From IMG/VR virus record IMGVR_UViG_3300027374_000458, positions 8,043 through 72,042 of that record: a stretch of 64,000 nt of DNA. The stretch is one strand, 5' to 3'. The notes below the pieces were generated by a model that did not search any database, had not been told where the DNA came from, and saw only the letters and a program-made list of their open reading frames with translations. Every line of letters begins with the position of its first letter. The stretch's first letter is position 1. The position numbers were made by a program, and so were the translations under genes. This DNA comes from a virus (Duplodnaviria; Caudoviricetes). This document shows, piece after piece, positions 34,723 to 45,036 of the stretch.

Positions 34723-37700
34723 ATGCAATTTTTTGTTCGCCCCAACGGATTTCAAAATGTCCGTCCTCGTCCACCTCACGGCGCATCAGCAATGACAGAA
34801 GATCGTAGTCAATGCCAAATTTTTTATAAACTTCATCCAGGTTTGTATCCTGTCCCTTCATAAACAGATTCAGCTTTTCTTTGACTAAAACCATCTGCAT
34901 CAGGTTAGATTCCAGACTGCCAGCATAGGTAAGAAAGTAGATGTCCTTATACGCAGTGGAGTTGTACCGGATAAACCGCATATAGAATTGACTCATAGCC
35001 GCATTGTTGTAATGCAGCTCAGGAATAATAACACGATTGACGTACTCAAAATTAACGCTGCTGGGCAAACTCTGCTGGGTGCAGAGCAGTATGCCGTTTC
35101 CACTGTCCCGGAGCGTTTTTCGGAGTGCTCGGCGCTTTGCAAAAGAGGTGGTGGCACCGGTGACGACAAAGAGCGGTCTATCCGGCATGAACCCTTGGAC
35201 CGCCTCGGCATACTTGTCTAATACAGACTTGTGGCGGACGCCAATGGCAACGGTTTCATTCGGCCATTGGGCGGCCAGTTCCACCGCAGTTAAAATTTTT
35301 GCCGGCACATCTCCATTGTACTCGCTCATGGAATTGGGCGCCGCACTGAAGCGCAGCAGCAGGGTAATTTGCTGGATCAAACGGAGCATGGAATCCTTGC
35401 GGTGGTCGCCAGTGGAGGCAAAGTATCTTCGCTGAATCATATGGAAGTCACTGATAATCTTTTTATAGATGATCTGCTCCTCCGATGTGAAGTCCACAAG
35501 GACCTGATGAAAACGACGAATCTCCTTCCCCACAATCTCCGCAAAGGTTCGTGTAATGACGGTCTTTCCCAAAATATCACTGAGCACATCAGAATTGTAG
35601 ATGTCCTGCGTCCGCTCATTGACGCCAAACACAGTTGCTTTTTCCGGCAAGTGACTGGCGGCGAACAACTTATAGCCCTTTTTATACGCAGGAATTGGCT
35701 CTCCGTAATGGATGTTTGGACTTGCCTCCAAATCGCCTGTTTTCCTGTCATAATGGTAGAGCTCAGTACACCATGAGATCATATTGATAGAATTATTATA
35801 AAGCAATTCCATCTGAGGCGCAAACTCCGAGATGTTATTGCGTGTGCTGGTGCCGGTAGTCAGCAGCTTGAAATGGCTGCGCCGAAAGCAGGTGAGCGAG
35901 GCTTTTGCCCGGATTGTGTCGGGATTGGCGATTTCATCACTTTCATCCAACACCAGCTGTATCTTCTGGTTGTGTTGCTTAATCCACCTCCTGATATGCC
36001 GCTGGAGCTGGCCCAGCTTGTTCAGTGTTACCAGTACAAAGTCACCGGGTTTGATATGTTTCAAATCCGCCAGCCGCTCCACAAATATATACTGGATATT
36101 GTAGTTTTTGAGGACTACATCCCAGTTGTTGCGGATGGAGATAGCGGAGGACACTACCCAGGTGGAATGAACATTTTGCCGCTCCATACGGTATAACCCC
36201 ACGGCAATTCCTGCCAGCGTCTTACCACTGCCTTGCTCCCACTGGAGCATTCCGTATTGCTTTTGCAGGATCAGGTTGATGTCATGACGTTGGATGTCGT
36301 TCAGTCTGATATATTCTTCATTTTCTTCGTCCCACAGGTCAAACTGCCTCAGCCATGCTGCAATATCCGCATCCTCCTCCATCTTGGAGAAGTATTGGTT
36401 TTGAGTGTCATATTCTCGGCGCTTTCTCCGCAGCATTTTTGAAAAGCCGGGATACTCCTCCGAGGCTTCGTCCAATACCGCATGATAGATTGGGACGAGC
36501 CGGCGCATGGAATCGGACATCTGCCGGCGCACCTTGGCGCTGTACCCCTTATAAACAAGACAGCCTTCCTGCTTTACCAGTGCGATCACATCCCGCTCCG
36601 GTTTCTTGTTCTGTTTCCGGAGGGCTGTTCGCAGATAGGCAATCACCTTAGCCTCGGTCAGCCTAACTCGGCACCACTCGTCGTAGGACATATTGGGCGG
36701 CTGCACCTGGGTATAGAAGCGGTGCAGGTACTCACAGCACTTCATGTACTTGCCCCGCACGGCGGGATGTGCCTTGATCTGATACAGCAGCTTTTGCGTC
36801 TGATAGACGAAATCCTGAGAGGACTGATGTTCTTTCGCCAGATCCAGCAGAATACGCGATTTGTTCCGCTCCAGATCTGCTTTGGGGAGCAACAAAATTT
36901 TCTGATAGATCCACTCCGCCGTTTGCTGCGGGTCAAACCCAGCAGCCAATGTTTCCATCGGTTCGATCTCATACCGCTTGGCGGTCCAACCCTCTGCGGT
37001 ACTGCTTTTCTGCCAAAATTGGATCTTAGTCGCAAACGACTTTACCCCCAACTCGGCAAAGGCATCTTCCGGCAGTTTGACCTGACCCAGAAAACTGAAC
37101 CGCTTTTCCATTTCGCGGATCATCTTCTTGTCCATAAATGGGTCGGCCAAAAAGGACTGCGGAACAATAAGCGATAAAATGCCAAGGGGCTTCAAAAGCT
37201 CTGCGGCTTTCACACAATAGAACAGCTGGGACAGCATTTCCTCCCCGCTTTCCGTTCGCCAGCGCAGATGAAAGGGCGGGTTGCCCACCACATAATCAAA
37301 ACGCGGTTCCGGTGTGTAGGCGCGGATATCACCCTGGGTCAGATTTGCTTTGGGATAGAGAAAACGAGCCACCTTATATGCTTTCATATCCAGCTCACAG
37401 CCATAAAGGTTTTCCTCCACCGGAAAAAAATTGAAGAAGCTGCCTTTCCCGCAGGTGAGATCCGCAACCAGTTCGTAATCTGCCGGCCTGATTGCGGCTG
37501 CAACGAGGCGGCATAGTTCAGGCGGCGTAAAAAACTGCCCGTTTTCGATTTCCTTTTTTGCTTCGCTGAAGCTGTGGTAATCGGTATAGTCGCTTCGTTC
37601 CAGCCCATGCAGGCCACCGTCCCCGGTATAAGCATTGTAAATGTCCTCGCCGGTGATGCCGTATTCCTGAAAAGCACCGCTGTCGATCAAATAGAGCACT

Positions 37701-37762
37701 TTTTCGTTCAACGTCCTTCTCTGTTCCACAGTGAATAGGGCTGGTTGACACTGATATTTCAT
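34721..37762 (-). CDS. N6-adenine DNA methylase-SNF2 helicase fusion (DarB-like architecture)
   Basis: GQFFTP, DLTCGKG, VVGNPPF; EQGSGKT, LDESDE, TTGT; GGAGG RBS. Confidence 0.85.
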   Translation of the reverse strand: MKYQCQPALFTVEQRRTLNEKVLYLIDSGAFQEYGITGEDIYNAYTGDGGLHGLERSDYTDYHSFSEAKKEIENGQFFTPPELCRLVAAAIRPADYELVADLTCGKGSFFNFFPVEENLYGCELDMKAYKVARFLYPKANLTQGDIRAYTPEPRFDYVVGNPPFHLRWRTESGEEMLSQLFYCVKAAELLKPLGILSLIVPQSFLADPFMDKKMIREMEKRFSFLGQVKLPEDAFAELGVKSFATKIQFWQKSSTAEGWTAKRYEIEPMETLAAGFDPQQTAEWIYQKILLLPKADLERNKSRILLDLAKEHQSSQDFVYQTQKLLYQIKAHPAVRGKYMKCCEYLHRFYTQVQPPNMSYDEWCRVRLTEAKVIAYLRTALRKQNKKPERDVIALVKQEGCLVYKGYSAKVRRQMSDSMRRLVPIYHAVLDEASEEYPGFSKMLRRKRREYDTQNQYFSKMEEDADIAAWLRQFDLWDEENEEYIRLNDIQRHDINLILQKQYGMLQWEQGSGKTLAGIAVGLYRMERQNVHSTWVVSSAISIRNNWDVVLKNYNIQYIFVERLADLKHIKPGDFVLVTLNKLGQLQRHIRRWIKQHNQKIQLVLDESDEIANPDTIRAKASLTCFRRSHFKLLTTGTSTRNNISEFAPQMELLYNNSINMISWCTELYHYDRKTGDLEASPNIHYGEPIPAYKKGYKLFAASHLPEKATVFGVNERTQDIYNSDVLSDILGKTVITRTFAEIVGKEIRRFHQVLVDFTSEEQIIYKKIISDFHMIQRRYFASTGDHRKDSMLRLIQQITLLLRFSAAPNSMSEYNGDVPAKILTAVELAAQWPNETVAIGVRHKSVLDKYAEAVQGFMPDRPLFVVTGATTSFAKRRALRKTLRDSGNGILLCTQQSLPSSVNFEYVNRVIIPELHYNNAAMSQFYMRFIRYNSTAYKDIYFLTYAGSLESNLMQMVLVKEKLNLFMKGQDTNLDEVYKKFGIDYDLLSLLMRREVDEDGHFEIRWGEQKIA

Positions 37763-37773
37763 ACCCGCCTCCG

Positions 37774-38664
37774 TCAGCACATAGTTCCGAGATATTTATG
37801 AGCAAATTCTCCAGCAAGCTCTCCATTGGAAAATTTCAAATCCACACGGCCATTTTTGAACATTTTCAGGCCCCTGATTTTTTCACCGCTGGGCCAGTCG
37901 ATAAAGTCAACTGTTATGCTTTTCCCATCCAGCAGTTCAGGGACACCCTGGGGGAACGAATGATAGCTCCCCGTTTCAAAATGGACGGCTCCGCGCAAAA
38001 TCTCCCGCATATCCTCTGTCAGTTTCCACCACTCACAAATACCGCACTCATAATTACTGAAATAATTCAAAAAATGGATTGTACCTTTAGCTACTTCAAA
38101 TTTTGGTATCTGTTTCTGGATATTCCAAGCCGCCCTATGGCATCGCTCACATATCTCATGGAACGCTTGTTCAGAGAAACTGCGTCCGTCCAGCCGTAGG
38201 ATGATCTGTTCCATCACCGACTGATATGGAACGGTCAGAGTCTGTATCTGCTCTCGGTAATGCGCCGCTTCTGTTTTGGTGCAGTTTGCTGGTTCCTTCG
38301 GCAGAATGGATTTACATATGTCCTCAGCGTCTACCGTCACATGATAGGCTTCGTTAAAATAGCGAACCAGCATATGGATAAAATCCGTATGCAGATGCTC
38401 AATGTGCGCGTCAATCGCCTCCTGTGATAGATCTGGGCCGTCCGGCGACAAAAGGTAGTCATGGAATTGAGGGTTGTCCTTTTGACCCCCCAACAGTTCC
38501 TCCTGTGCTCTTTTCATGTCGGACACAAAGAAAGCCAGTTCTTTAAACCCCGCAAGCGCCGCTTGATAGGCGGCCTGCTGGGCATCACAGTACTGCCGGT
38601 CGGCTGCGGAGAAGCGATTGTCTGCCCTGATTTCCACTGCTGCAAATTTTTCCAACAGATCCAT
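37774..38664 (-). CDS. Hypothetical protein
   Basis: GGAGG RBS before MDLLEKF; C-term KMFKNGRVDLKF. Confidence 0.75.
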   Translation of the reverse strand: MDLLEKFAAVEIRADNRFSAADRQYCDAQQAAYQAALAGFKELAFFVSDMKRAQEELLGGQKDNPQFHDYLLSPDGPDLSQEAIDAHIEHLHTDFIHMLVRYFNEAYHVTVDAEDICKSILPKEPANCTKTEAAHYREQIQTLTVPYQSVMEQIILRLDGRSFSEQAFHEICERCHRAAWNIQKQIPKFEVAKGTIHFLNYFSNYECGICEWWKLTEDMREILRGAVHFETGSYHSFPQGVPELLDGKSITVDFIDWPSGEKIRGLKMFKNGRVDLKFSNGELAGEFAHKYLGTMC

Positions 38665-38690
38665 TGGTTGCATCCCTCCTGAAATTATTT

Positions 38691-38730
38691 GCCTGGGAGA
38701 CAAAACGGCAATCCGTTTTGTCTCCCAGGC
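38691..38730. repeat. Perfect 18-bp inverted repeat with 4-nt loop
   Basis: GCCTGGGAGACAAAACGG-CAAT-CCGTTTTGTCTCCCAGGC. Confidence 0.9.
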
Positions 38731-38749
38731 GGTTCTTCTGTTCACAGCA

Positions 38750-41332
38750 TTACTCAGAAATATCAGCGCTGCGGACAAGAAATGTGTTAGCTTTATAGCA
38801 GCCCTCGGTATCGACTGTCGCCGCACCGCCTAGGCTGTCCAGATACTGCGCTCCCGCTTTCGTCTTGGAGATATAAATATTGAACTTGGTATAAGTGAAA
38901 CCTTCCGAGCGAGTTCCATGGTAATCGTCACTCAGCACCAGCACCGCACCCAGGGCATTGGCCTTACGGCTGGCGAGCTCGATCATTAGGTCATTGATCT
39001 GGTGCTCCGTCTGGTCATTCACTCCGCCGAAATAAGGACATTCCAGAAACAGCGTTAATTGTTCGCCATACGGAGTTTTCTCCGTTTGCCGCTCCTGGAT
39101 ATTCTCCACATCCACAAATGTGAAGGCCGTTTTTTTCTTACCCTCGTCGGCTTGGCCCATCCGACCCTTTGTCAGCCGCAGGTATGCCCGGCCAACACGT
39201 TCCCCGGCTATCTCCGCATACAGAACCTTTTTATTGGAGTCAAAGCCGGATAGCAGGCATTTTTTGTAGATACCTTGGTCGTAGGCAAGGCAAGTGCGCT
39301 GCGGCTGAATACCGAGAAGCATAGTGGAAAAGAAATCATCATGCTCCTTGATCATAATTTCATCCTGCGATATGCGCGTATTCTCCTTCCAGTACGCTAC
39401 CGCCTGTTCAGAAATATTCAAGTCCAGTTCCTTTTGCAGGTCGCCTTCAAAATACTTCAGCGTATCAAGCTGCCCCATTAGCTCCGCTTTTACAACCCGC
39501 AAAAACGCTTCTTGCTGGGGCGATTCCAAATTGCGCTGGTACAGATTGGCGATATAAGCTCCGTTGTGGCAGACAAACCGGGTGATCCCCTCCATGTACT
39601 TAGCCTTAAAATTATCGGTAAGTTCCATAATCTCGGAGAGTTGGTTCCAGTCAACATCAATCTCAACAATATGTGCTTTCAACGCGAAAACAGTGTCAAA
39701 CTGGGCAAGATGTTCCAGATTTCGCAGAACAAGGATAACATCCTCCCGACTCTCCAGCGTGGGCAGAAGATGCCGCACGGTGTCAAAATGAATCAGCAAC
39801 CGCACCGCATCCAAGGCATTCAAATCTCGAATTGCCTTGAAATCCTCCTGCATCCAGCGGTCTACCGGTTTCGTGTTCAGTTTCTCCGCCAATGCGTCCA
39901 GCTCTGCGCTGTCAGGAGCCTTTTTCAACAGCTTACGCTTTAGGAACTGGCGGATAACCAGCAGCCGATAGTCCTGCTTTGGAGAAGTCAGCCTGTTATA
40001 AAGAGATACATATACCGCGTCGGCGTCATACAGTGTCCGGATCTCCTGAAACGTATAGATGCGTTCCGGCATAAAATTTTCCACATGGAGCCGTCTGCTT
40101 ACCATCCAGGCGCAATCTGACAAATCCTTTTCCGTCAACTCATTGAGATTGAAGTGCTGCTGGTACAAGGTCTCGTTGAACAGAATCGACGTAGACGGCA
40201 CAGTCAAGAACGCTTCTGGGTTACCGTCTACCATGCGGATAAAATGCTTCTTATTTTTGACAATGGCGTGAAGAAGGATGTTTTCCTGCCAGCCGGTAAT
40301 GCAGCCAAAGTCAATGGACTTGAATCGTTTTCCATAGAGAAGATTGACATATCCGGCATAACTGGAAAAAATCTCTGTTAAATCCAGCTCCATATCAGCC
40401 GCAAGCCGCTGCTCCATAGTCTGCAATTCACCCAGCGGGCAGCCGCTCTCATGCCAATAGCGCATAAATGCGTTTGCGGAGCCCGGCTCCAAACAGCCCA
40501 GGATGGAAGGGATCAGCCTGTGGTATTCCGGGGCATTTTGAGAAAACTGCGTATATTCTTTCATCCCCAACTGATCGCGGATATCCATTTCGCTCAAGAA
40601 CTCCACAATACTGTTCAGGAGCGGATAGGAAATCAGCAGCTCGCTCACTTCTGCAAAAGATGCTGATGCAAACAGTTCCCTGTCGCCTGTGGCCTGTTTA
40701 AGTAAAAGCCCCTTTTGAGCCTCACTTAACTCAGAGGGCAGCTCAACGCAGTTTGAAATACTCGCTGCCGCAATTTCCCGATCAGCCTCGGGCAGTTTCA
40801 TCGGCGCAATGAGCCGCAGATAGTCAAGACGCTGCTGATCCGTCAGAGCATCTCTCTCCAGCGTCTCCATCAATTCTTTCAGTGGGCTGTCCGTAATATC
40901 AATACCGGCTGCTCGGCAGATGCCCAGAAACGCTACCAGCCGCTCTGTCAAAATGTCTCTCCGGCTGTGCGGCCGGGGCGGTTCGGGACGGTTGTACCCG
41001 TACCGATTGCCGCTCCGATACGGATGAACCGTCGCAGGCGCAGTGGTTTCTTCCTGCGGCGGTTCCTCGGGGAGAGCCGTCAAAAATGCCGCATAGTACG
41101 CGGCGAACGCAGTGTTCTGGAGCATTTCTTTCTGTAATTCAGGAGAGTATAACCTTACGCCGCTAAGATGCTCTTCCATACGTTCACAGCATGCGGAAAT
41201 TTCCGACAGGCCGAATGTGCGAACCCATTTCCGATCCAGGTGGTGCTTCTCCATTTTCAAAAGTACAGTCACGCGCTCCCGCATGACTGTGCTGAAATCA
41301 TTCGGCAAAACTGCCAAAATCTGCTTTTCCAT
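38750..41332 (-). CDS. Large hypothetical protein (860 aa)
   Basis: Long ORF, GGAGG RBS, coupled to the upstream gene. Confidence 0.85.
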   Translation of the reverse strand: MEKQILAVLPNDFSTVMRERVTVLLKMEKHHLDRKWVRTFGLSEISACCERMEEHLSGVRLYSPELQKEMLQNTAFAAYYAAFLTALPEEPPQEETTAPATVHPYRSGNRYGYNRPEPPRPHSRRDILTERLVAFLGICRAAGIDITDSPLKELMETLERDALTDQQRLDYLRLIAPMKLPEADREIAAASISNCVELPSELSEAQKGLLLKQATGDRELFASASFAEVSELLISYPLLNSIVEFLSEMDIRDQLGMKEYTQFSQNAPEYHRLIPSILGCLEPGSANAFMRYWHESGCPLGELQTMEQRLAADMELDLTEIFSSYAGYVNLLYGKRFKSIDFGCITGWQENILLHAIVKNKKHFIRMVDGNPEAFLTVPSTSILFNETLYQQHFNLNELTEKDLSDCAWMVSRRLHVENFMPERIYTFQEIRTLYDADAVYVSLYNRLTSPKQDYRLLVIRQFLKRKLLKKAPDSAELDALAEKLNTKPVDRWMQEDFKAIRDLNALDAVRLLIHFDTVRHLLPTLESREDVILVLRNLEHLAQFDTVFALKAHIVEIDVDWNQLSEIMELTDNFKAKYMEGITRFVCHNGAYIANLYQRNLESPQQEAFLRVVKAELMGQLDTLKYFEGDLQKELDLNISEQAVAYWKENTRISQDEIMIKEHDDFFSTMLLGIQPQRTCLAYDQGIYKKCLLSGFDSNKKVLYAEIAGERVGRAYLRLTKGRMGQADEGKKKTAFTFVDVENIQERQTEKTPYGEQLTLFLECPYFGGVNDQTEHQINDLMIELASRKANALGAVLVLSDDYHGTRSEGFTYTKFNIYISKTKAGAQYLDSLGGAATVDTEGCYKANTFLVRSADISE

Positions 41333-43439
41333 TATGAGGCGCCTCCTTCATCATAGTAATCAATTTTTGCGCTTCGGCAAAACACATCTTTTCCCTATCG
41401 ACCAATCTTGCGCAGAGTTTCAACAGGCAGACGTATTCGGTTGTGTCCATGGCTCGACTGTCTTCAATACTCAACAGGTATTCGTACACAGCGGTATCGG
41501 CAATCTCCAGTTTGTTAGAATATCTGCTGTAGTTTTCGATGAACAGCAAAAGCGAGGCCATTGTCCCATCTGTGATCTCTGTAAATCTATTTCGCACCTC
41601 TTTTTCAAGCGCAAGCTGTTCCTGCCGCTCACGCTCCAGCCTGAGTGCTGTCTGCTCCGCTTTCTCTGCCTCTTTTTCCTCTGCTGTCAAATACCGCTCT
41701 TTCAGCCGGACAGTAGAATTTTTTACGAGCGAGGAGTGGGCCATTGCCAAGTCAAACAAAGCCCGCTGTTCTTCAGGGGAAAACAGGCGGGCAACAGCTT
41801 CTTTATCCAGTATTTCAGAAATCAGCGGGATATAATACTCCGTCTCAAATGCAAAGAAGTATTCAGACAGCCAATACAGCAGCAGACGCCGCATATCATC
41901 ATCCAGGTATTCCTGGTCAAGTTCAAGTTTCACTTGACTACCTGACCCGTTGTAGCTGGACGAACAGGATGCCACGCTGTCGCGGAAAATGTGGTCGTTG
42001 CTAAAATAGGTGCTCAGTCCCTGAAACCCATACTGGGGCAGAAAATGCTTATAAAATTGGAATGTCTGAACTGTAGTCATGCCCCGCAGATAGGATTTGA
42101 TATGCCCGATCATTTGAGACTTGACAGACATCCCTTCAGCATCTACGCTGCCCTGGAATGTTTGCCAAAGGTCGATCACATCCTTTTTTACCAGCAGGCT
42201 GAAGTTGTGCCAATAGGAATGCTCCGCACTGTATTCCAAGTAGTCCTGGCCTGTCAACTGATTAAACCTGGAGATTCTGGCCTTGATATCCTCTGTACTC
42301 AGTTCATCGTATAGAAGTGTTTCAAAAAACTCCGCATATTTTTGGAGTGTCAGCATGGCCGCCAGACTGTCCCAGTGGGAATCCATGATATCGAACTCCC
42401 GGAAAGCGTCGTGGGTGGGCGGGGCATAAGCACTGAACCACTGGAATGTTTCCAGGCTCCTGATCCTCGCACCACAGCTCAACGCGCAGAGCAGCTTATC
42501 CTGACCGTAGCACTTGATGGGGAATGTCTCATATTTTTTGAGCCATTCCGCAAGTTGGCCGTACACTTCGCTGGGGATCTGTGACTCGGTGCCAAAAACC
42601 TCTTTGAACAGATTGATCAGGATTTTCTCTGTCACAATAGAGTTCCAGCTCAACCGCTCTGCGGCCGGCGTAAGCCAAATTGCTCTCATGTTGGCATAGG
42701 CGATTTCAAGCGGGGTGTATCCGACCTTGGTCAGAAGTTCATGGTTCTTATCCCCTTCTTTGACAAACGATTTGGGCAAGGCACAGAGGGCTCGGAACAG
42801 CGCCATATCCTTTGTGCGGATCGACTTGACCAGTGGGCGAATCCGTGAAATCAGCCAGACGAACAACCGCATATTGCCCATGACTGGGATAGTTCGTTTT
42901 TTTCCGATCAGATGCAGCAGCAGAGGCTTGAAGTGCAGAAAGGATTCTTCGGCATCGGGAAAAAGGCTCATTGCGAAAAGAATATCCTCCGTTTTACCAT
43001 ACTGCGCCTGCCGTAGCGCCGTTTCTAACTCACCGGCGATACTCTGACCCTCATAGAGCAGATAAAGCGCCCCAGTCAAATAGATGTCACTGGCAGAGGC
43101 TCTTTGCACCTTTTTCAGAAAATTGACACGCTGTGCCCCCACGAACATATCATCCGGCGTCAGGTCTTTGGTATAACCGAGCGCCAGAGCTATAGCGCGA
43201 AACTCCGGAAGTGTCATACCAAACCGCTCTTCATACCGCTCCAACAGCTCTCCGAGATACATAAAACCATACTTCTTTTGAAACTCGCCGTTTTCCTTGA
43301 TGGAGAACGGGAAAATACAGTGCTCACGGATGGCACATATCTGAGCGTTATTCGCTTTGGTGGTATCCATAATAAAGGACATCAGATCTTGGAAAACTGT
43401 AAAGTTGACCTGCTTCTCCAGCGCATTCATTTCTTCCAT
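41298..43439 (-). CDS. Large hypothetical protein (713 aa)
   Basis: Long ORF, GAGGAG RBS. Confidence 0.85.
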   Translation of the reverse strand: MEEMNALEKQVNFTVFQDLMSFIMDTTKANNAQICAIREHCIFPFSIKENGEFQKKYGFMYLGELLERYEERFGMTLPEFRAIALALGYTKDLTPDDMFVGAQRVNFLKKVQRASASDIYLTGALYLLYEGQSIAGELETALRQAQYGKTEDILFAMSLFPDAEESFLHFKPLLLHLIGKKRTIPVMGNMRLFVWLISRIRPLVKSIRTKDMALFRALCALPKSFVKEGDKNHELLTKVGYTPLEIAYANMRAIWLTPAAERLSWNSIVTEKILINLFKEVFGTESQIPSEVYGQLAEWLKKYETFPIKCYGQDKLLCALSCGARIRSLETFQWFSAYAPPTHDAFREFDIMDSHWDSLAAMLTLQKYAEFFETLLYDELSTEDIKARISRFNQLTGQDYLEYSAEHSYWHNFSLLVKKDVIDLWQTFQGSVDAEGMSVKSQMIGHIKSYLRGMTTVQTFQFYKHFLPQYGFQGLSTYFSNDHIFRDSVASCSSSYNGSGSQVKLELDQEYLDDDMRRLLLYWLSEYFFAFETEYYIPLISEILDKEAVARLFSPEEQRALFDLAMAHSSLVKNSTVRLKERYLTAEEKEAEKAEQTALRLERERQEQLALEKEVRNRFTEITDGTMASLLLFIENYSRYSNKLEIADTAVYEYLLSIEDSRAMDTTEYVCLLKLCARLVDREKMCFAEAQKLITMMKEAPHNGKADFGSFAE

Positions 43440-43570
43440 TGCGTATTCTCCTCGCTTTCATTAAAATAGCCCGGAGAAATGGGCAGAATGCTCCATTTCC
43501 CCGGGGCTTCCAATCAAATTGCTGCCTATGCTAGGAAATGCAGCAGCTCACAATCAGCGTTCTTCTCCAA

Positions 43571-43756
43571 TCAGAATACATTGATGTCAATGGTTCCAGT
43601 AACACCATCAACGGCTTCCATCGGCGATGCAGGGTCGGGCCAAACGGTACACTTATCCCAGTCAACGCCGTCTTCGACATGCCTGAACAAAATATCGAGG
43701 TCACCGTGCTCAGATACCGCTTTTTGCAATTCGGCAATCAGTTCGCTTGCTTTCAT
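43571..43756 (-). CDS. Small acidic hypothetical protein
   Basis: ATGA overlap; MKASELIAELQ. Confidence 0.65.
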   Translation of the reverse strand: MKASELIAELQKAVSEHGDLDILFRHVEDGVDWDKCTVWPDPASPMEAVDGVTGTIDINVF

Positions 43757-44133
43757 CCAAACACCAGCTTTCCAAACAGCGCATACTGCACGATGCAGTC
43801 GGCGTCTGCGGCATCCAGCGCTCCATAGTCTGCGAGCTGGAAATCCTCGATCCTTACCCGGCCGTCTTCCTTGATGTAGAGTTCAATGCCCTTCAGGAAT
43901 TTCTCCAATGTCAGCTCCCACTTGTCCGGACTTTCGGCGTCATGCAGAACCAGGGTTCCGCCACGGGAGATATGCTCATGGGTGCAGCTTCCAAGCATTT
44001 CGCCAACGACCTCAGCATGGCCGCACCAGTAACAGATGCCGCCATTCAAAGCAGTACACATGAGATTGTCAATGTCCTGCTGAATGATGCTTGTGTCCAT
44101 CTCAATATGGACAGGATATTTTTTGTCATTCAT
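43753..44133 (-). CDS. Conserved phage/plasmid hypothetical protein
   Basis: GGICYW...DAADADCIVQYALFGKLVFG; AAGGAG RBS. Confidence 0.75.
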   Translation of the reverse strand: MNDKKYPVHIEMDTSIIQQDIDNLMCTALNGGICYWCGHAEVVGEMLGSCTHEHISRGGTLVLHDAESPDKWELTLEKFLKGIELYIKEDGRVRIEDFQLADYGALDAADADCIVQYALFGKLVFG

Positions 44134-44152
44134 CGGGCTGCTCCTTCCATTC

Positions 44153-44530
44153 TTACTCCGCAAATCTGAACTTCGGCTCTTTGCGCCGCTCCTCACAATG
44201 GCTGAGCCATGTCTTCATCGAATCGCTCCAGTGCTTTTGCCCCGCAGTGAACGTGCCGTCCGAGAAGATGATGCCTTGCTCGTTCTCAATCTGCCTGATC
44301 CAGAACGACTCTCCACCCCACTTGGGCTTAAACTCGATACGCCACGGCCCGGTTTCACCAATACGCTTGGCAGCTTCCGGCGTGGGAAAGGACATTACGA
44401 ACTGCTTGGTATAGTCCTGTTCCATCTGGTCAAACATCCAATTCTCAACGTCCTCCAGATCCCGGAATGTCCTCTGTTCATTTTTGCGGGCAAAGTCGTT
44501 CCAGTACCGCTCATATTTAACTGTAATCAT
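44153..44530 (-). CDS. Hypothetical protein
   Basis: GGAGG RBS. Confidence 0.75.
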   Translation of the reverse strand: MITVKYERYWNDFARKNEQRTFRDLEDVENWMFDQMEQDYTKQFVMSFPTPEAAKRIGETGPWRIEFKPKWGGESFWIRQIENEQGIIFSDGTFTAGQKHWSDSMKTWLSHCEERRKEPKFRFAE

Positions 44531-44598
44531 TTAGTATGCCTCCGTATAGATGGTGTTTTGTGCATGCCTAAGCGGCATTCTGCAACCAAATCATCTGC

Positions 44599-45036
44599 TC
44601 AGCCGCTGTTTTCTACCTCCTGATAGTCTATTTCAATGGGGTCATCGGTCAGGATGTCGATATAATGGCGGAGAATCCCGGCCAATCTTTCCTCGGTCAT
44701 CCCACAATCAATATCGCCCATCTTCCAAGGGTACATGGGCTGATACAGTAGATAAGCCTTGCCCTCATAATCATCACAGGCAGTCAGGTCGATGCCCTCT
44801 GCCTCCGCAATGACTTCCTTGAGGATCGTGGCGAGGCCCAGGTAGAAGTCCTGGTCGAACTCCATGTAATTGTCCCAGGAGGGTTCTTCGATTTCCTGTT
44901 CGGAAAGCCAGCCATCAATTTTGGTCTTGAGCCGCGGCGCCAGTTCCAAAAGCGCCTGCAGCCGTGCCATATCTTGGGTGCCGATGTCATCCACACAGAC
45001 GCCATAGCCATAGTTATGCCATGTAGAATAGCTCAT
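44599..45036 (-). CDS. Acidic hypothetical protein
   Basis: ATGA overlap; MSYSTWHNYGYG. Confidence 0.75.
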   Translation of the reverse strand: MSYSTWHNYGYGVCVDDIGTQDMARLQALLELAPRLKTKIDGWLSEQEIEEPSWDNYMEFDQDFYLGLATILKEVIAEAEGIDLTACDDYEGKAYLLYQPMYPWKMGDIDCGMTEERLAGILRHYIDILTDDPIEIDYQEVENSG

